From Chlorokybus atmophyticus (taxonomy: Eukaryota > Plantae > Mesostigma and Chlorokybus algae): a DNA stretch of 64,000 nt. The DNA is taken from the NCBI GenBank assembly GCA_009103225.1, contig RHPI01000797.1:309064-373063 (forward strand). The letters are read 5' to 3'. Positions 60,541 through 64,000 of the stretch are shown piece by piece. Each line of letters starts with the position of its first letter. The stretch's first letter is position 1. The position numbers and the translations under genes are program-made. The notes below the pieces were generated by a model. It did not search any database and had not been told where the DNA came from. It saw only the letters and a program-made list of their open reading frames with translations.

Positions 60541-63500
60541 ATGGCCCAGCACCAGGCGGCGGCCCCGCGTGATGTCGGGGTGGTGCTGGCCCAGGCGCTC
60601 GCAGACCTGCGGAACATACGGGCCAGCCTACAGCAGGGCGCAGGCGGGCAGGTTAGCAAATCCGACTGTTGTTGCGATTGTTGTCGCAGCTGACGTAGCT
60701 GTGATGGAACTTGATTTGCTTCGTGTGGAAGTCGAATCTATCTGTGCTGTTGTGTACGCACATCCTCGTGCAGTGCCGTTGTCTCTGTAAACAACCGGGT
60801 GGATGGATCTGTGTAACACAAACTGAAGCTTGCATGGAAGGTGCACTGGGCACGCCAATATGCGCGTGTGTGCGAAGTGCGTGCACACACCTCGCACACA
60901 AGTAACCCCCACCCACCCACACGCACGAACACAGGCGCGCATAGATGCATACATGTGCATGTGCGCAGGCGTATGCACACATGTGCATCCATCTACATCC
61001 GTGCGCACAGAGACATGTACGCCCATGCAATCATTCGCACATATTGAAAGTGCATGTGCACGCACACACAAACACACACATGCACACACCTGTCTGCACA
61101 CATATGCACGTGTGCACATATGGACTCACAAGGACGTGTGCACACTCCGGCGCGCACACACATTCGTGCGTGTACATGTGGCGCATACAACAACCCACTT
61201 GCGCCTCGCACATACACACAGGCGTTGGCTGCACTCGACCGCGCTGAGGCCGCTGTTGCACTAAGCGCTACCGGGTACAACAACGCCGGCTACAACGGCG
61301 CCACAGACAACAACAACGACGCGTACACCTACGGCTACAACTATGAGGACGAGTACAGGGACAACTACAACTACGACAACACGCACAACTCGCACAACTC
61401 GCACAACTCCCTCGCGCGTGGAGACACGAGGCGAGGCGGGGGGAAGGAAGTGAGAGGGAAGGTGGCGCAACGGGAGGTACGCGGTACGGGTGGGATGAGC
61501 GTGAGGTGGGGAGTGGGTATTGAGTCGTGTGTGGTGTGTGTTGTTTGCAGTTGGTTAATCAGAGTCAAGGGGAGGGCGCGTCGGCGAGAAGGGCGAGCGC
61601 GTTGCTGCATGCGAGCCCGACATCCGACCTGGTGTGTATGTGTACATATGTTTGCATGGGGCTTGCGTGTGAGTGCGTACACGTGGTTGGGTGTGCGCAT
61701 ATACACGGTGTGCATGCGCGTTGCATCAGTTTTGCAACCACTGTAAGTGTTTACGCAGTAGCTCATATGTGCGCGGGTCTGTGCGCATGTGTGTTGCGCT
61801 TGCATGCCAGTATGTGCATGTACCGTACGTGATGTACGCATAGTGTGTGAGGTGCACTGGAGGGTGAGTGGATGTGCGCACACACATCACATATATCTCC
61901 ACGGAGATCAGTATGAATATGTCATCCTCCAGGTGAGGAAGTACCTCGAGGCACGATACGGCCTGGGTGAAGTAGGCAGCGCGAACGCGCGTGCGGTGGG
62001 CCGCAGAGCAGATGGCAAGGTTGGTAATAAAATCAGGAGATGCTTGTGTGCGTGCATAGGTGCTTGTGTGTGTTGGTGTGCACGCGGGTGACACACACAC
62101 CCTTGCACGCAGGTGTGCAAGACGCATGCTGGGCCGGCCAGAGTCCTATCCAAGACCGCCCGCGAAGACCCCTTTCATCCACTGAACCTTGTCTCCGAAT
62201 CCGATGTCGCAAAGGCAAGTTACCGCTGTGTATTGCTTGCTAGTAGTAGGCTAGCCTTTTTGACTCACTACACAAGCAATAGCACACTGCTGAAGCATGT
62301 TTTTGCATTAAGTATCGTGAACTCGACGCACGCGTGCAGACAGACGAGCGCACGCAAGTTCACAAGCATGCATGTACACGCTCCCCCATGCACGCAAGCG
62401 CGCGCGCGCGCACACACACACACACACACGCGCGCGCTATTGTCAAGCGGGCACACTCTACTGGTGGTTTGACTACTCAACCACACTCACACACTTCTCC
62501 CTCAGGGTCTCCTCTACCTCCTAAGCACGGGTCTTCTCCCCCGCGCGACCGACCTCACCCCCGCCCTCGCCGCCTCCCCCTCCCCCTTACGCACCAAGCC
62601 CGCCGCCACGCACACATCCTCCACACCCGCCACCCAACGCAACAACAACAACCGCGGAGACTACTTCGGGTCTCTCGGACTGGGGGGCATGAGCCACGTG
62701 AAGCTCGGGGAGTTGGGGGGACCACAAGGTGGTGGTGGTGGTGGTGTTGTTGTGTCGGACTGGCGGGAGGGGAGTCCGTCGTCGGGTGGAGTGTCCTCTT
62801 CATCGAGAGGGGTGACGCCCAACGCGGTGGTGTTGGGTGTTGGGAGTAATGTGAGGGGGAGTCCCTCACCTGGAACGGAGAGGTTGGGCACGCCGGGAGG
62901 GGAACAGAGAGGATATACGGATCTACTGGATGCGTTCTCACTGCATGAGGTGAGTGATTGAGAAGGAGAGAGGGGGAGAGTAAGGGTGAGGGTGAGAGTA
63001 TATGCAGTGTCATGCATGTGCATGTGCACTGCCCTTGTGTGTGAATGTGTGCGCACGTGCGTGTGCATGTACATGTGTCGTTCCGCGCGCTGCACTTGAG
63101 CAACGTGCTGCCATGTGATTTTGGTGTGGTGACGGACAATGCAAGATGTGTTGAAACGTACCTTCACTCAGCGCCTTACTTAGGACAATGTTGTGGTCAT
63201 TGCAGGTAGCAGTGAGGCGTGGCGTGACATTGGACTCGACGCCCGAGTTCAAGAGCTTCCGGCGGGCATACGCGGCGCGCTGGCCGGATATTGCAGACTA
63301 CCTCAGCCGTATAGAAGAGGTAAAACGAACAATGTCAACAACAACAATAACAACAACACATATGCAAAATGCTTTGCATGTGCCTGTTGTGGGGAAGCAC
63401 GAGTATCATGTGTGATGCAGGTGTGCTACGAGCACGACGTCCCGCTCGCCGTCATCGACGGCAAAGCCCTCGCCGACCTCGCAGAGGTGAGAGTCTAATC

Positions 63501-64000
63501 ATAGCTCAGCTCACAAGTGGGTCCCATTCTCTACACACACACACACACACACACATACACACACTCAGGACGGCGCGGTGCGTGCTCGTATGGGTCAGCC
63601 TCCCCCCTCCCTCTCGGAGCTCCTCTCCGCCTCGCTGAAGAATTTGGACCAGGTGGGTTACATGTTGGGTGGGCTCATCCCTCCCAAAGAGTTCGAGAGG
63701 GAGAAGACGGAGGCGGAACGCATGGACGAGAACTGTGCCGCGACGGTGATACAGGCGGCGTTCAGGGGATATCAGGTGAGATGGAGGAGGGGGTGGTGGG
63801 TGGTGGGGTTGAGAGCATGTGACAGGTTGGCTGTAGCGGCAATGATAGGAATACGAGTATTGGCTTATAATTACAGGGGAGTAGTGTAAGCTGTCAACGC
63901 TGCCACTGGTTGTAGTGGTAGGTGGAGAGGCACGCGCACATGCACGCGCGCGCGCGCGCGCACATGCATACACACACGCGCTCGCGCGCGCGCGCAAGAG
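60541..64000 (+). CDS. IQ-motif protein, IQCH-like (partial; runs off the window)
   Basis: Exons give AREDPFHP..SESDVAK|GLLYLLSTGLLPRATDLTPAL, TLDSTPEFKSFRR, VPLAVIDGKALADLAE and the IQ motif AATVIQAAFRGYQ. The resemblance to IQCH is from recall. GC-AG intron at 62215-62505. Confidence 0.65.

Overview
Eukaryotic nuclear DNA with three N-gaps. It is intron-rich, with about 110-120 introns by rough manual count, many loaded with TG/CA repeats. Gene content points to a green alga (Viridiplantae): plastid-type transit peptides, plant-type complex I and IV subunits, and an IQCH-like gene suggesting a flagellated stage. The species cannot be determined from the sequence. About 15 protein-coding genes were reconstructed by manual splicing: a partial hypothetical gene, a solo intronless histone H3 with a 3' stem-loop, a rhodanese, a secreted GH16-X8-malectin glucanase, COX-X3/COX7a-like, an IGPS/TrpC-like probable pseudoenzyme, an unknown protein, a BRD7/9-type bromodomain protein, a long coiled-coil protein, RPC5, NDUFC2, a GT29 glycosyltransferase, a coiled-coil/MYND protein, a PqqB-like metallo-beta-lactamase, Rab GDI and a partial IQCH-like gene. 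Two repeat islands (about 7.9-10.9 kb and 28.8-33 kb) hold a Tc1/mariner-type MITE, a shared dispersed repeat, palindromes and a composite element. The best leads are the GH16-X8-malectin architecture, an intron-bearing prokaryote-type PqqB-like gene, an excess of GC-AG introns (5 well supported plus 1 tentative), a TrpC paralogue lacking both catalytic lysines, and a histone stem-loop with an extended stem. No tRNA, rRNA or CRISPR array was found. Exon boundaries and family calls come from reading the sequence and recalled motifs, not from database searches.
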